From assembly GCA_028534125.1 (NCBI GenBank), contig CM052816.1, positions 36,210,001 to 36,274,000 on the forward strand: a DNA stretch of 64,000 bases, in the 5' to 3' direction. The first letter of the stretch is position 1. The number at the start of each line of letters is the position of its first letter. Source of the stretch: Lama glama (taxonomy: Eukaryota). Both the position numbers and the translations under genes were made by a program. Of the stretch, positions 13,561-25,010 are shown piece by piece. The notes under the pieces are model-generated. The model worked only from the letters and a program-made list of their open reading frames with translations, had not been told where the DNA came from and searched no databases.

Positions 13561-13569
13561 ATGGACAGA

Positions 13570-13840
13570 AACGGACTGTCCTTCCAAGCACATCTCATGT
13601 TTCCCCCCGTGACTCACACTTTCAGTTACCCCAGAAGTGATCTGATACTTCCTGCACTACATCTTTATTTCGACATCACATATGGCACATCATTTACTTT
13701 TATTTTGTTTGGTTATTCATTGTCTCATTTCTCCCACTGGACTGGAAGCCTCTTAGAGAAATGATAACATCTTGCTCATCTTTTTATCCCCTGAAAAACC
13801 CAGCCTCATATCTAATGGGTGCCTCGTGGGTGCTCAGGTG
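13570..13840 (+). mobile_element. L2 3' end fragment
   Basis: tctcccactggactggaagcctctt...cttgctcatctttttatcccc. Confidence 0.55.
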
Positions 13841-14909
13841 GAATCTGTGATTTTCTCCATGGGCAACTTTATGAGCTGCTGTGATACCCACCCCAGAGAC
13901 AGGTGAGGAATTCCCTGGCCAGCCTGAGTGGCCTCTGTACGTCAGTTAAATTTTCTCTGCCTTCCTCGAGGAAACAAAAAAAGGGGAAGGGCTGTGGTAG
14001 GAGGAGTAAGGAAGAGAATTTTTCCTGTCAAGATCATACTTTGCAGTCACATTCTTCCCGGCCTCCCGTTCTCCTGTAGTCCTCCTGCCCACGGAATTCT
14101 CACATGCACACAGTTGTCTGGCTGTTTCAAGTGTTGGACGAGAGTGGGAGAGAATTCTGGATTGTCAGGATCATATAGGCCGAGGCAGATAAAGCCCCCT
14201 TGCCTGGTGCTGGGTTAAAGGTTTAGTTCCTTCCATGGGGCCACTGCTTACTCTCTGAGCTTCAAGGTGTGCCCCACATGGTTAGGGGTCCTGTCAGCAA
14301 CCTGTTCACATTGTTTCCAGCCTCTCTTCCAAGGCAGGAACTCTCTTCAGGTCTTTTGTGGCCTGTGGGAGAACAGAGTCCTTTCTTACTTGGGACCCAA
14401 ATCTGGCTCTTTGGGTTTCTGGCTGAAACACTTGTGTGACTGCCAGTTTGTTTCTTGAGAAATTAAGAGCCCTATGTTGGGTTCTCTTTCCATGAATTCC
14501 ATTTTCTCTAAGTGTCTACTCTCTTTTGTACTTCTAGGGGCTTAGATTAGTCATTCTCCAAATTTTGAGATTTTAGAACAGTTCATCATGGATTTTTCCT
14601 TTCCCTCATCTACTTTGACAAAGAAAAAAAGGAGAAGAAATTTTAGACTTCCTCAGTGCTCTTTCTTGTTCCTCAGAGCCTACTTCAAACTCCCTCCGCC
14701 ACAAGCCATTTATAGAGTTCTGTAATAGACAATAATGTGCTAAAAGGAATAAGACTCCTTATTGTCTTCACAGTTCTTAATCCCTGCCTCTCCTCCGCCG
14801 CCAAGAACATTTAAACTCAGAAAGCTAAAACCTTTCTCTGGGATCACCCTTCATTCCATATTTATTTTCTGGTGAGAGTGATATTTTTCTCTGGCTGATA
14901 GTTTTTAAT

Positions 14910-15240
14910 CTAGAATTAGAAAATACTAACACTAGAAGTAACCTTAGAGACCATCTAAATTTTTATCCATTCTTAGTCTATTGTTGGGAAACCCAAAGGC
15001 CTGTTGAGTTAAGCAGTTTGCCCTAAATCATTTCATTATTTAGTACTAATGACTAGAATCTTTGTCTGCAAAGGCTTCATTCTCTACTCTATGCTTTACA
15101 ATTCTCTCCTTCAATTCTCTACTGAAAGTCACGCAGCAGAACAAAGACAGCGTGTACCCACAGGGTGTTGCATTATTCACCCATCAATCATTCGTCAAAT
15201 ATTTATTGAACACCTATATAAGCATGGCCATTTGCTGGTG
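14910..15240 (-). mobile_element. MIR fragment followed by an L2 tail
   Basis: accttagagaccatcta...gactagaatc and cattcgtcaaatatttattgaacacct. Confidence 0.55.
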
Positions 15241-15782
15241 CATAACTAACATGCATAAACAGCCTGCTTTAAATGCAAACCAAATATAACTAATTTCTGT
15301 TAACCACCTACAAATTTTAAGTTCTTTTCTAAGAATTGAAGCAATAAAACAAAAACTTTTGAAGTTCTATAATGTACAGAGTGTCATTTTAGGAAGGACA
15401 GGGAGAATGCCATCTGTTTATTGTGCTGAGTCTTGGATTTCTTGAATTTTATGTAAATGGTTTGGTACAAAAAGATACAAGTTAACTTTTAGAGTTTGTG
15501 AAAAAAAAAGTATTGGGAATTAAGGTCATTCACAGAACAGCTCTATGGCGGACAAGTGTTTGGGAAAATCTACATTTAGAAGGAAATTGTTATCATGTTA
15601 ATTATCCCTGAAAACTGTGATCAGGTTGTTTACGTGTTTTATAGGTAGCTTGGTAGCAGAGCTCAAAAGGAGTGGATTGGATAGCTGAGAGCTGTCTGAA
15701 ATTGCACTTGACTTCACTGGAGGGAATGCAGAAAGATGGAGGTCGTTTCTCAGCAGTCTCTTTATTAACTGCTCCCCTTCAG

Positions 15783-15914
15783 ATTCAGCTGTCTGTGGTC
15801 ATTTTAAATAGCAAGCTTCTGAGACAATAACCAGGTTTGACAGTAATTGCAAAGGTGGAAGCGACTGTGCCCAGACCACAGCCCAGGGTCAGAAGGCTCT
15901 TCATCCATTTGAAG
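15783..15914 (+). other. Candidate non-coding exon (132 nt)
   Basis: Acceptor ctttattaactgctccccttcAG|A; strong donor AAG|GTAAGA; stops in all frames (one in phase 0). Confidence 0.35.
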
Positions 15915-15929
15915 GTAAGAATCATGATG

Positions 15930-16140
15930 TGATGTTGAGCAAGCTCTGATCCAAAGTCAGAAGTCTGGGTGCTCTTCCTCGGTCCAGCTCTTCATCACTG
16001 TGTGACCTCGGGCAGGCAGCCCAACCCGATGGACACTCTCCTCACCTCTCAAATACTGATAAAATCTCCTGCCCTTTCATGGCAGTGTTGTTGTGAGGAT
16101 CAAATGAGATCACTGATACAAAAGTGCTTTCAAAACTCAA
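15930..16140 (+). mobile_element. MIR SINE
   Basis: ctgtgtgacctcgggcagg...gttgttgtgaggatcaaatgag. Confidence 0.75.
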
Positions 16141-16756
16141 AGTCCTTTGGAAATATAAGGCAATTTTATTCCAAAAACTCCAGAATTTTTACCAGTAACA
16201 GAAGTATTTACCTCACAAAAATTAATATACCTTTCTTTTGTGTGTGTTGGGAGTCTGTGTGCATATTTTACTCTGTGAATTTTTGTTACTCTTCTTTTGA
16301 AACTGGCATGAGATAGACTCAGTGCTAATAGGAAATAGCAGGTCTCTCTTACTCCTTTGAAGAACAAAGAGCAGGAGGGAATGTTATTACAGAGGCTCAG
16401 TCTGATGGACTGATGAGGCAGCAGCCACTGGATGGCCACCAGTCATCTCCCACTCCCATAAAGTCATGGGGGTGCATCACAGAGCACTGCTGTAAGGTTC
16501 CAAGTGGTGTTTACAGTGTATCTAGGTGGTGACAAAAATTTGTTTTGCCAGTGCTGTGGAGCCTTTTGTGTTATGGGAGAAAGGACTAAAAATCCCTTTG
16601 TAATGCTGGATTGCATAGAACATGCCTTCACATCCCACTGGTTCATTTCGTAAGAATAACTGAGTGGGCACTGCCCTGGGCACTAGATATAGGCCAGTGT
16701 TGTTGGGAAGACGGATGCCATGGAAAAGTTATATCACATGGTGATACAGTTCCAGG

Positions 16757-16766
16757 CTGACGTCAG
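16757..16766. promoter_or_regulatory. Full CRE (ATF/CREB) palindrome
   Basis: cTGACGTCAg 10-bp palindrome with the CpG retained. Confidence 0.4.
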
Positions 16767-16800
16767 GCTAGAATACTTCCCCCAAGCCTGCGTCCCTTAC

Positions 16801-16916
16801 CCTGGCCACCTCAGAAGGTATGTGTCCCAGAGAGTACAGCTACAAGATGGTGGAGATCTATTAGCTTAACCTCTGTAGTACACATTTTCACCCCCATTCC
16901 ACCCTATCTCTGGTCA
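16801..16916 (-). other. Candidate antisense non-coding exon (116 nt)
   Basis: Minus strand tttctttctcacttctgttatcttcacAG|TGACC...CCAGG|GTAAGG; stops in all frames. Confidence 0.4.
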
Positions 16917-16959
16917 CTGTGAAGATAACAGAAGTGAGAAAGAAATTTGAGTTTACCTA

Positions 16960-17250
16960 AGATAGTCTCACAGAAAATAAACTTATGGTTACCAAAGGGG
17001 AAATGGGGGGGGGGGGTAGGGACAAATTGGGAGTTTGGGATTAACATATAAGATAGATAGCCAACAAGGGTCTACTGTATAGTACTGGGAACTGCATCCA
17101 ATGTCTTGTAATAATCTATAATAAAGAAGAATCTGAAGAATAGTAGATTCATATATATATATGTATAGCTAAATGATTTTGCTTTATACCTGAAACAGTG
17201 TAAATAAACTATATTTCAATCAAAAAAAGAAAAACAAATAAAAAATTTTG
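16960..17250 (+). mobile_element. Young cetartiodactyl-type L1 3' end
   Basis: aaacttatggttaccaaagggg...gggagtttgggattaac...ctgtatagtactgggaact...A-rich tail. Confidence 0.9.
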
Positions 17251-18109
17251 AATTTGAGGTAGTAGTAGTAATAAGTTAGTTACCTCAATACATTCATATA
17301 GCAAATATTTAATTAATAAACAAGATTTTTGTCCTCAACCACCTTATTCTACCTAGGGACACAATGGTCAGACAACTAGAAATTCCTAACCTGGGGCAGA
17401 AGAAGTTTTACTGTAAAGGGCCTGCCATAATACACCAAACATAGAATGAACAAATGATATACCTGGACATACATATGCTACTATTTTCTAAGTGCATGTA
17501 TGAGCTGTTTTGACTAACAAAATACATATCCTCTTACAAGTTACTAAATTCATTGTGTCTCTCTCTACCATTTTGCATTTTACTTTTGCCTGTGTGATTA
17601 TTTTATTATGTCTCTCCCCAACAGACTGTAGGCTCCATGAATCTGTTTTCACACTCCATTAAGTCCCTGGTTACTCAAAGAACGTTTGTTAAATGTTGAT
17701 TAAGTGTATTTTCTCAACCAACAGGTTGAGAAATTACAAATATCCTTTGCTGCCCCTTGAAATTTTATAATATTAAAAAGGTTCCCTCCTTTGGGTTGAG
17801 GTTGTGACTCTGAGTGTGGGTCAATAAATGAAAGATAAATAAGGTACAGAAAAAAGGCCTAGACGAGAAGGGGCAAAGTACAAAGAATTAAAGCGGATGG
17901 TTAGGGATGACTAGCTGTGGAACGTCACCTCCGCCTTCAAGTCTCATTGTCTTGTGTTGCTTTATAATCTCTTGATTTCCAAAACTTTCTGACAAATCTT
18001 GCCTCATAAGAGCTTTACAATAACATGTGAGTAACCTGGTGAGAAAGGGAATAGAATGGCTGTTGCCTGGTTCTTTTCTCTTAAGACTTTACACAGTTGC
18101 TGATGCTCT

Positions 18110-18280
18110 GAAGGACAGAGCTGGAAGGACTGAGGAGATTGTTCTTGTCCTATAAGTGTCATTTTACACTAAGGAAACAGAATTCCCCTAAGGTTTCTAT
18201 ACAAGGTCATACAGCTAGGCAGTGGCAGAAGCAGGACTAGAATCTAGTCGGATTCAGACTCTTTCCAGCCCACTTTGCTG
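18110..18280 (-). mobile_element. MIR SINE
   Basis: cattttacactaaggaaacaga...caaggtcatacagctaggcagtggcagaagcaggactagaa. Confidence 0.7.
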
Positions 18281-19945
18281 ACTCTCTGTTAGGGTTGGGT
18301 TCACAATCACTCAAATATTTGATTTGGGAGGAGAACGTGGTACAACTTATGAATAAAGTATGGATTCACATTTATGGTTTATGTCATCAACCTTCTGTTT
18401 TCATTCAACTTTCAAAACATATGCTCCTTCAAACTATCAACAGCTCAAGAATTAGCCAAAAATATAACTTTGACTGTAAACTTGATGTTAATATTTATCT
18501 AATTCTACTAAAAATTATAACCTTTAAGTCAGCATGTATTTATTCTGTTAAGTCTTTACAAATATGCTACTCACCTTAATAAGAGTGAGCAAATATGTTC
18601 TTTCTTCATCATTTGGTCATTCTTTCTACACAATACTTCCCTTCTGTAGTCAATATCGTTGCTATTTCTGTATTAAGAAAGATAAAGACATAAAACAGTG
18701 TTGCAATAAATAGCTGGCAAGCTACAGAGACACTATTTTAAAGGAAAATTGTCTCAAGACACTTTAATGCTTTCTATTGCTATGGTTGCAGAATTACTTG
18801 AGGGCGCATTGCTAAAGGGACCTCTAGTACATCTATTAATGAGATTTATAAGAACATTAATAGGTAAATCCAAACCCAACTCCATCAATAGTAATGCAAA
18901 GGAATGCAGATCTAACTATTCAACTTGGGGTTATAAATATTCATGCAAAGTATCTATTATAATGAATACAGATTCTGTGTGTCCTAAATATGTGTGCAAA
19001 AGAACATGACACATATGTTGACATCATAACAAAAAGCAAACTATCATTTATAGTGAATATTCTGATCTCAGTTAAACTAATATAACCACTAGTGACACAT
19101 CTGCTCTTATCAGTAAAGAAAAAATGTGTGCTATCAACTAGAGACTTAAGGATAGAGAGTTAAAATATTTCCCAACAACTTTCAATGCCGTTGTCACACT
19201 TAGTCTTTGTCATCAACCTGAATAGTACTTTTAAGACCATCTGCTGGGTTCCAAGAAGTACCATCATTTGGTGAAGAGTGAAGGAGATTAAAAAAATGAC
19301 ACTGGAGAACAGCTCAAGCATGGAGAAACTGGAAAACGTATCATGGCAGTATGATTAACATTAAGTAGCTATATGAGGAGAGAGAGAGAATTCTAGATAG
19401 GTGGAAGTGAGTGAGTCCATCCTATAAAAGTATGTGATCACAGCACTGAATGTCTTAGTGAACTCTGCCACTCAATGATTTAAGAAATCAATGTCACTTC
19501 AAAATATTACCACTGCCCCCCCCTTTTTTTTTTTTTACAAATGCCTTGCTTTATAGTTCTCCTTGGAAATACTGCTTGATAAATAAGATTGTCTCACTAT
19601 TAGGTCTCTGTGTTCCTTAAATATGAGAATTCATTTAGATTAAGATGAACACAAGCCTGATTTTTAATTAATTCCAGTGCCACATTCAGGTACTGAAGTG
19701 TTTATTTCATATACTGATACAATAGTATGTGGCCTCAAAGAGTTAATACATTTTTTCAAAGTTAGAATATGGAGGATGTACAGTATTTTCCAAGCTTATT
19801 AAAAAAGCAAGTTCATTAACTATGTGCTTTTAAGAATAGTTTTTTACATAGATAAAATTATTGGACAGCTTCTTTTTCTTTCTTTATGGACTATTTAAAA
19901 TATAACTGAAGATCCCTATGTTTATTTATTGTATGTGATTTATGA

Positions 19946-20139
19946 TTTTTTAATTGACATATAGTTGATTTACAACATTGCATTAGTTTCTGGTGTACAA
20001 TAAAGTGATTCATTTATATATATATATATATATATATATTCTTTTCCATGTTCTTTTCCAATATAGTTTATTATAAGATACTGACAACAGTTCCCTGTGC
20101 TCTACAGTAGGAACTTGTTGTTTATCTATTTTATACATG
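19946..20139 (-). mobile_element. Young L1 3' end with (TA)n and TSD
   Basis: tttaattgacatatagttgatttacaa...ttccctgtgctctacagtagg; TSD gtgatt(t/c)atga at 19935-19945 and 20140-20150. Confidence 0.9.
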
Positions 20140-21379
20140 GTGATTCATGACTGTTTAACGCTTTGGTCTATATGTTTTGCCTCTAACAGCCCAACCTCAG
20201 ATAGCATTGTTGTTTCAAAGGCAGCCATCAGTCTTGATGCTGTATAAACACATTCAAGGAAAGCTAAGGTGGGCTTGCAAATTAACACTCTTAAATGTTC
20301 ATTTGAGATGTGATCATTTCATATGTGTGTTTGTATTTTTTTGTATGCAACCATTACTTTCTTTATTTTATACATATTAAATTTCTGGCCTTTATCATCT
20401 CCCTCATGTTTCTTCTGAAAATGGTTTATTCCATCAAATGTTCCTTCAAGAGCATCTTTTGTCAATGATGCACTCTAGCCAATACTCTGTGAACATGTAT
20501 TTCTGCTTCAGAGGGCTTCCCACCCAGGAAAGACATCTTTCTCTACTTAAGATAATATTCATTGGCATTCTAATCCACAAATATCTTCAAATCAGATGCT
20601 TATGAATTGAGCCAAGACACCTAAGGGTTAGAAAGAGACCTAAGAAACTGAAGGATAGCCAGCTAATTAAATCTTGTTTTAACCCTTAGATTTTTCCACA
20701 CTTACTAATCAGCGTCAGTTTAAATAAATTCAACGGCAAAATGGTATATAAAGAAGCAACTTTTATGTCTTTCTCCAGAGTTCTTTCAAAGTCTGTCTTT
20801 TTAGTTTTAAAAATATATACATAGTAAAGAAACAGCAGCAGCAGCTCAAACCAGAAAAAAAAATCATGGAAAAGAAATAATGAGATACAGCAAAAGAATT
20901 CCAAATCACTACCAGCTGCTGAACAATTAGCCTCAACTGCTAACAGGTGTGTAGAAAAGCCCATGTACAAAGTTACCTTTTGTCACTGTGCCTTCCAAAA
21001 GGGCTTTTGGTTGTAAAACTCCCAGAGTATTTGCACTATTTAGAGGAAATGCTGTGTGTGTGAGTGCATGCATGCATGCGTGCGTGCGCGCAAGCGCCCA
21101 TCTTAGATAAAGCTATTTTCTTTATAGATCTCCTTTTATATCGAAAAGAAATTAAATTTTCATATCACTCAGGTCATGGAGCCATGGGTTGATGGGGGAT
21201 GGAAGGAAGTGGTGGTATTCACAATCTGTGGGCCTTGAACCTGCAGGTTTGCACAGAGGGCTTCTGGAATAATGAACTTTTCAAAGTGCATACAAATTAT
21301 GTTTTGCATTGATTCTTCATTGAGATTTCAAAGCTTTCATCAGCTTTTCAAGAAAAACACCCTCCTCCAGTGTAAGACT

Positions 21380-21920
21380 AGGATGGTCAAAAGTGCATGA
21401 ACTTTTAAGTCAATCAGCCCTGGGTTAGAATCTACGTATTATTTGACCTTTCTGAACGTGTTTCTTCATTTATAAAATGGGGATAGTGATACTGACCTCA
21501 TTTGACTATTTAATTATTTAAAGCAGCAATTTTCAAACTTCAATATGCCTGTTAACCACTTGGGAGCTTGCTAACATGAGCACTGTCAGTAGGCCTGGGG
21601 TGGTACATGGTATTATTCTACAATGTCCAGGGAGCTCCCAGATAATACTGATGCTGTTGGTCTGCATCCCACAATTTAAGTGGCAAGGACTTCAAACACT
21701 GGTTCTCAAATTTAACTGCAAAGTGGAATCACTGGAAAGTTAAAAAAAAATAATGATATCTGGGACCCACTCCCAAAGTTTTTGATTTAAATGGCACTGG
21801 GTATAGCCTGGGTGTCACGATTTTTTTAAAGCTCCCCAGATGCTCTGAATGTGAAGTTTGAAGCATCACTGATTTACAGCACAGTACCTGAAACATATCA
21901 CATGCTCTGCAACCATTAGT
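21380..21920 (+). mobile_element. MIR interrupted by two tandem MER5-type hAT-Charlie elements (~21520-21690 and ~21697-21872)
   Basis: MIR core ttcttcatttataaaatgggg then two MER5-like units (ctcccagataatactgatgctg; cactggttctcaaa...aagctccccagatg...cactg); MIR tail resumes cagcacagtacctg. Confidence 0.7.
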
Positions 21921-22769
21921 TTCCTTAGGAGACTCCTCAATTATTGGGGTAGGGTAATGAAAAAAAAAATTCTTTCCAGTGGTATAAGAACAGAAAAGAT
22001 TGCTGGCAACTACGCAAGTTGAATCTCATTCTGCAATAGACTTGCTGTGAGACCAGAGGTGTGGTTTCTTATCCTGTCTGTGTTTCTTATACTTAAACAA
22101 TTGGAAGGAAAGGGATAATTATCCTTTAACCTCACATATTTGTTGGGAAAATTAATGTTTATACTGTGCTTTGAGACTCATGGATGAAAAGATATTCAAG
22201 ACATTTAAAATATATAAAGGGAAAGGATAGATACTCTTTAAAATTTTTCAGTAATTGGCTAAACAAGCGCAGATAATGTTGGGACAGTAGGAAGAAAGAT
22301 GTCAGTGAAGGGGATGTTGACATTGGCATGTTTTCTTCAGTTGCTTGGAGACACAAAACCTATATTGGTTCATTTTACTGGCCTTAATAATTTCTAAAGG
22401 ATTTCTTTTCTGGTGGGAGCTAGAATTTCAACTCAGTCTCTGGGTTTTTGAAGAGTTCTTACCCAGGCACAGGCAATGGGCACCACTCCTAAGCTGCTAT
22501 CAACAACAATCCTTGGCAGAAAGAACTCCCAGCCCTTCACAGTGACCTTTTGGGGGTGTTTTTAAGCAAATGCTTTTAGATTTGTAAGTGTTGATCTCAT
22601 TTACGAGTGTCCATATTCCTTGAGCATGTTCTTTGCCTTTACTATAAAACATCAAATATTTGGAAAGGTCATTTATTGAGGCGGGGTCCAACACAGTGTA
22701 TGTAAAAGGGAGTGAGCTCCTCTGTGCACTGGACTCAAGCATTTGGAATGTAGAGATAAGGATGCCAGG

Positions 22770-23200
22770 CCAGATGTCTTCCATTCCCCTCCAGATCAAG
22801 TCTCTACTCTCCATCATTCTGCTCTCAGCCCTGGAGGCTGACCTGCATGGGCTCCTTAAGTGGCTCCCTTGTCTTCTGGCCTCAGGTTGGATTTGGTCAA
22901 GAGGGTGCCCTGGCAGGAGACACAGGGAAGGAGGAGAGAGAATGGAAGTCTTCATTCCTCTAGTTCCCTTCCTGAGTGGGCTGAGCACATGCCTTGACTA
23001 AAAGTCACAGCTTCTGTCAAGGTGGCCCTCTCCACAGGACTCTCTCCTTCTTGGTTCTAGTATCTTTCTCTTCACCTACCCCTTCAAATTTATGATGGTG
23101 ACAGGCATGTATTACTGGACCCAGAGTACTGCACTACTGCTTATAGTTTCCTTCACTCTGTCCATGATTTTGTAAATGGTCCTCTATTGACAAAGAGTTT
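22770..23200 (+). mobile_element. ERVL solo LTR (LTR16/LTR33-like)
   Basis: ggaggctgacc...ctcccttgtcttctggcctcaggttggatttggtcaa...caggagac motifs; orientation uncertain. Confidence 0.6.
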
Positions 23201-24018
23201 ACCCTCCTTGAATGATTTTTATTTGGCACAAATAGAAATACTGTGAGAGAAGGGACCTCATCTCTCTTATTTGCTGTTGTATATCCATTGGTATTTCCTG
23301 AATGAACAAATCAATGTTTGAGCCTCTTCTTCATTGGCTGCATTTGTACACTTGACTTAAGGGTATTGATGAGTTAACAGGGGAGCAACTGTGAGCAATG
23401 GTGGTATCCTTGTGGTTAAACTTCTTTAAGAATTAAGGCCTTACATAGAAATTGTCCATGTTCCTTTTGCATATATTTATTTTTAAATCCTTACAAGTTA
23501 TATGGAATTTTGAAAATATGATATAGTAATTGTGGTAAAACAAACACTTGTTTTTCACATTCCTCTCGCATACCTAATTCAGTAGATTACGCTCACACAC
23601 AAGCTGAGTCTGCTGCACAAATGTGCTAAGCAGTGTTCAGTAAGTAGTACGGCTGCATCTCTTGAACCCCATTCTTCTTAGTTGCCCTATCAGCTTCTCC
23701 ACCTCTTTTTTTCTCCTTTAGCAGTAAAAGGTGCATTCACACTCTGAGATAAGAATTAGCAAGCTTCACTTCCCATCTTGAGATTAAAACAGTCAGATTT
23801 TCATTGGTGTTCAATTTGAGCCTCCACTTGTCCAAATTAACAGTAAATTCAAATGTTCCCTAGTAACTCTCTTCCGAAACTTTTCTGCAGAGAAGCTTAA
23901 ACAAGTTGGTGAGTTAGGGCTCCTCCTAAGGAGCCTGGATGCACTGTTGGGGCCAGGTCTCTCCAGTTGCTAAATTTTGGACAGCCTCCTCCCGACTCTT
24001 ACCTGCTTCCTCTGACAG

Positions 24019-24095
24019 CTCCTTGCTGCTGTCATGACAAGAAAGTTCTGTTGTCACTGCTAGAAGCTGGTCTTTAATGGCTCTGACGTTTGAAG
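24019..24095 (+). other. Candidate non-coding exon (77 nt)
   Basis: Acceptor cctgcttcctctgacAG|C; donor AAG|GTAAAC. Confidence 0.3.
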
Positions 24096-24629
24096 GTAAA
24101 CCTGATTTTGTGGGCTGGATTGTGTGACTCCAAGTTCATACACTGAAGGCCTAACCCCAGGACCTCAGAATGTGATTTGTTCTTTTCGTAATTTCTGGTT
24201 TTTTTTTTTAATTTTATGGACAGTGTTTCTTTATCTCTTTGAGGTTTCTAAAATATCCTTCCCTTAATTTAAACTTATTTTCAGATTGCTTTATTATTTT
24301 AATTTGGTATTAAGTAAATTCATCTTCCAATCGGTGACTTGGTTGGCTTTCCTTTTTGGTATTATTTTTTGCTCTGTGTTTTGTAATTCTGTTGTGCAGG
24401 CTCATCTTGAAAAAGAGGTCCATCCCCTCTCCTGTTCTCCTTTTCTCTCTGGACATACCTATCCCTGTCTAGAGATTTTGTGGTTGCATCCAAGCAGCTT
24501 CTTAGGAACCCATTTTCCCCAGCTAAGAACATGGTTCCATGTAGTGTTAAAGCTAGTACACACTTAGTGGATGATTATTGGGAGCCTGACTGTGATGTTG
24601 TGTTTGCAACATTCTGCCTCTATAGGTCT

Positions 24630-25010
24630 TGTATTAGTTTTCTAGAGCTGCCATAACAAAGAACCAGAGCTAGGTGACTTAAACAATAAATTTATGTCCT
24701 CACAGTTCTGGAGGCTGGAAGTCCAAGATCAAGGTGTCAGCAGGGATGGTTTTCTGAAGACCTCTCTTCTTGACTTGCAGATGGCCATCATTTCCACATG
24801 TCTTCATGTTGTCTTCTGTCTGTGACTATGTGTCTGTGTTGTAATCTCCTCTTCTATAGAAAACAGTCATGTTAAATTAGGGCCAGCCCCAGTGATCTCA
24901 TTTAATCTTTTTTATCTTTTTAAAGATCCTATCTTCAAACACATTCAGAGGTCCTGGAGATCAGACCTTTAACATATGAATTGAGAGGCAACACAGTCAG
25001 TCTATAATAG
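24630..25010 (-). mobile_element. MaLR LTR (MLT1A/B-like)
   Basis: tgtattagttttctagagctgccataacaaa...cacagttctggaggctggaagtccaagatcaaggtgtcagcagg. Confidence 0.9.

Noticed and set aside
17255..17266. tgaggtagtag, the let-7 5' end
   Set aside because: Continues as a (TAG)n repeat next to an L1 tail; no let-7 body and no hairpin
22500..23001. Overlapping 162-aa and 113-aa ORFs
   Set aside because: Largely within an ERVL-type LTR; typical spurious ORFs
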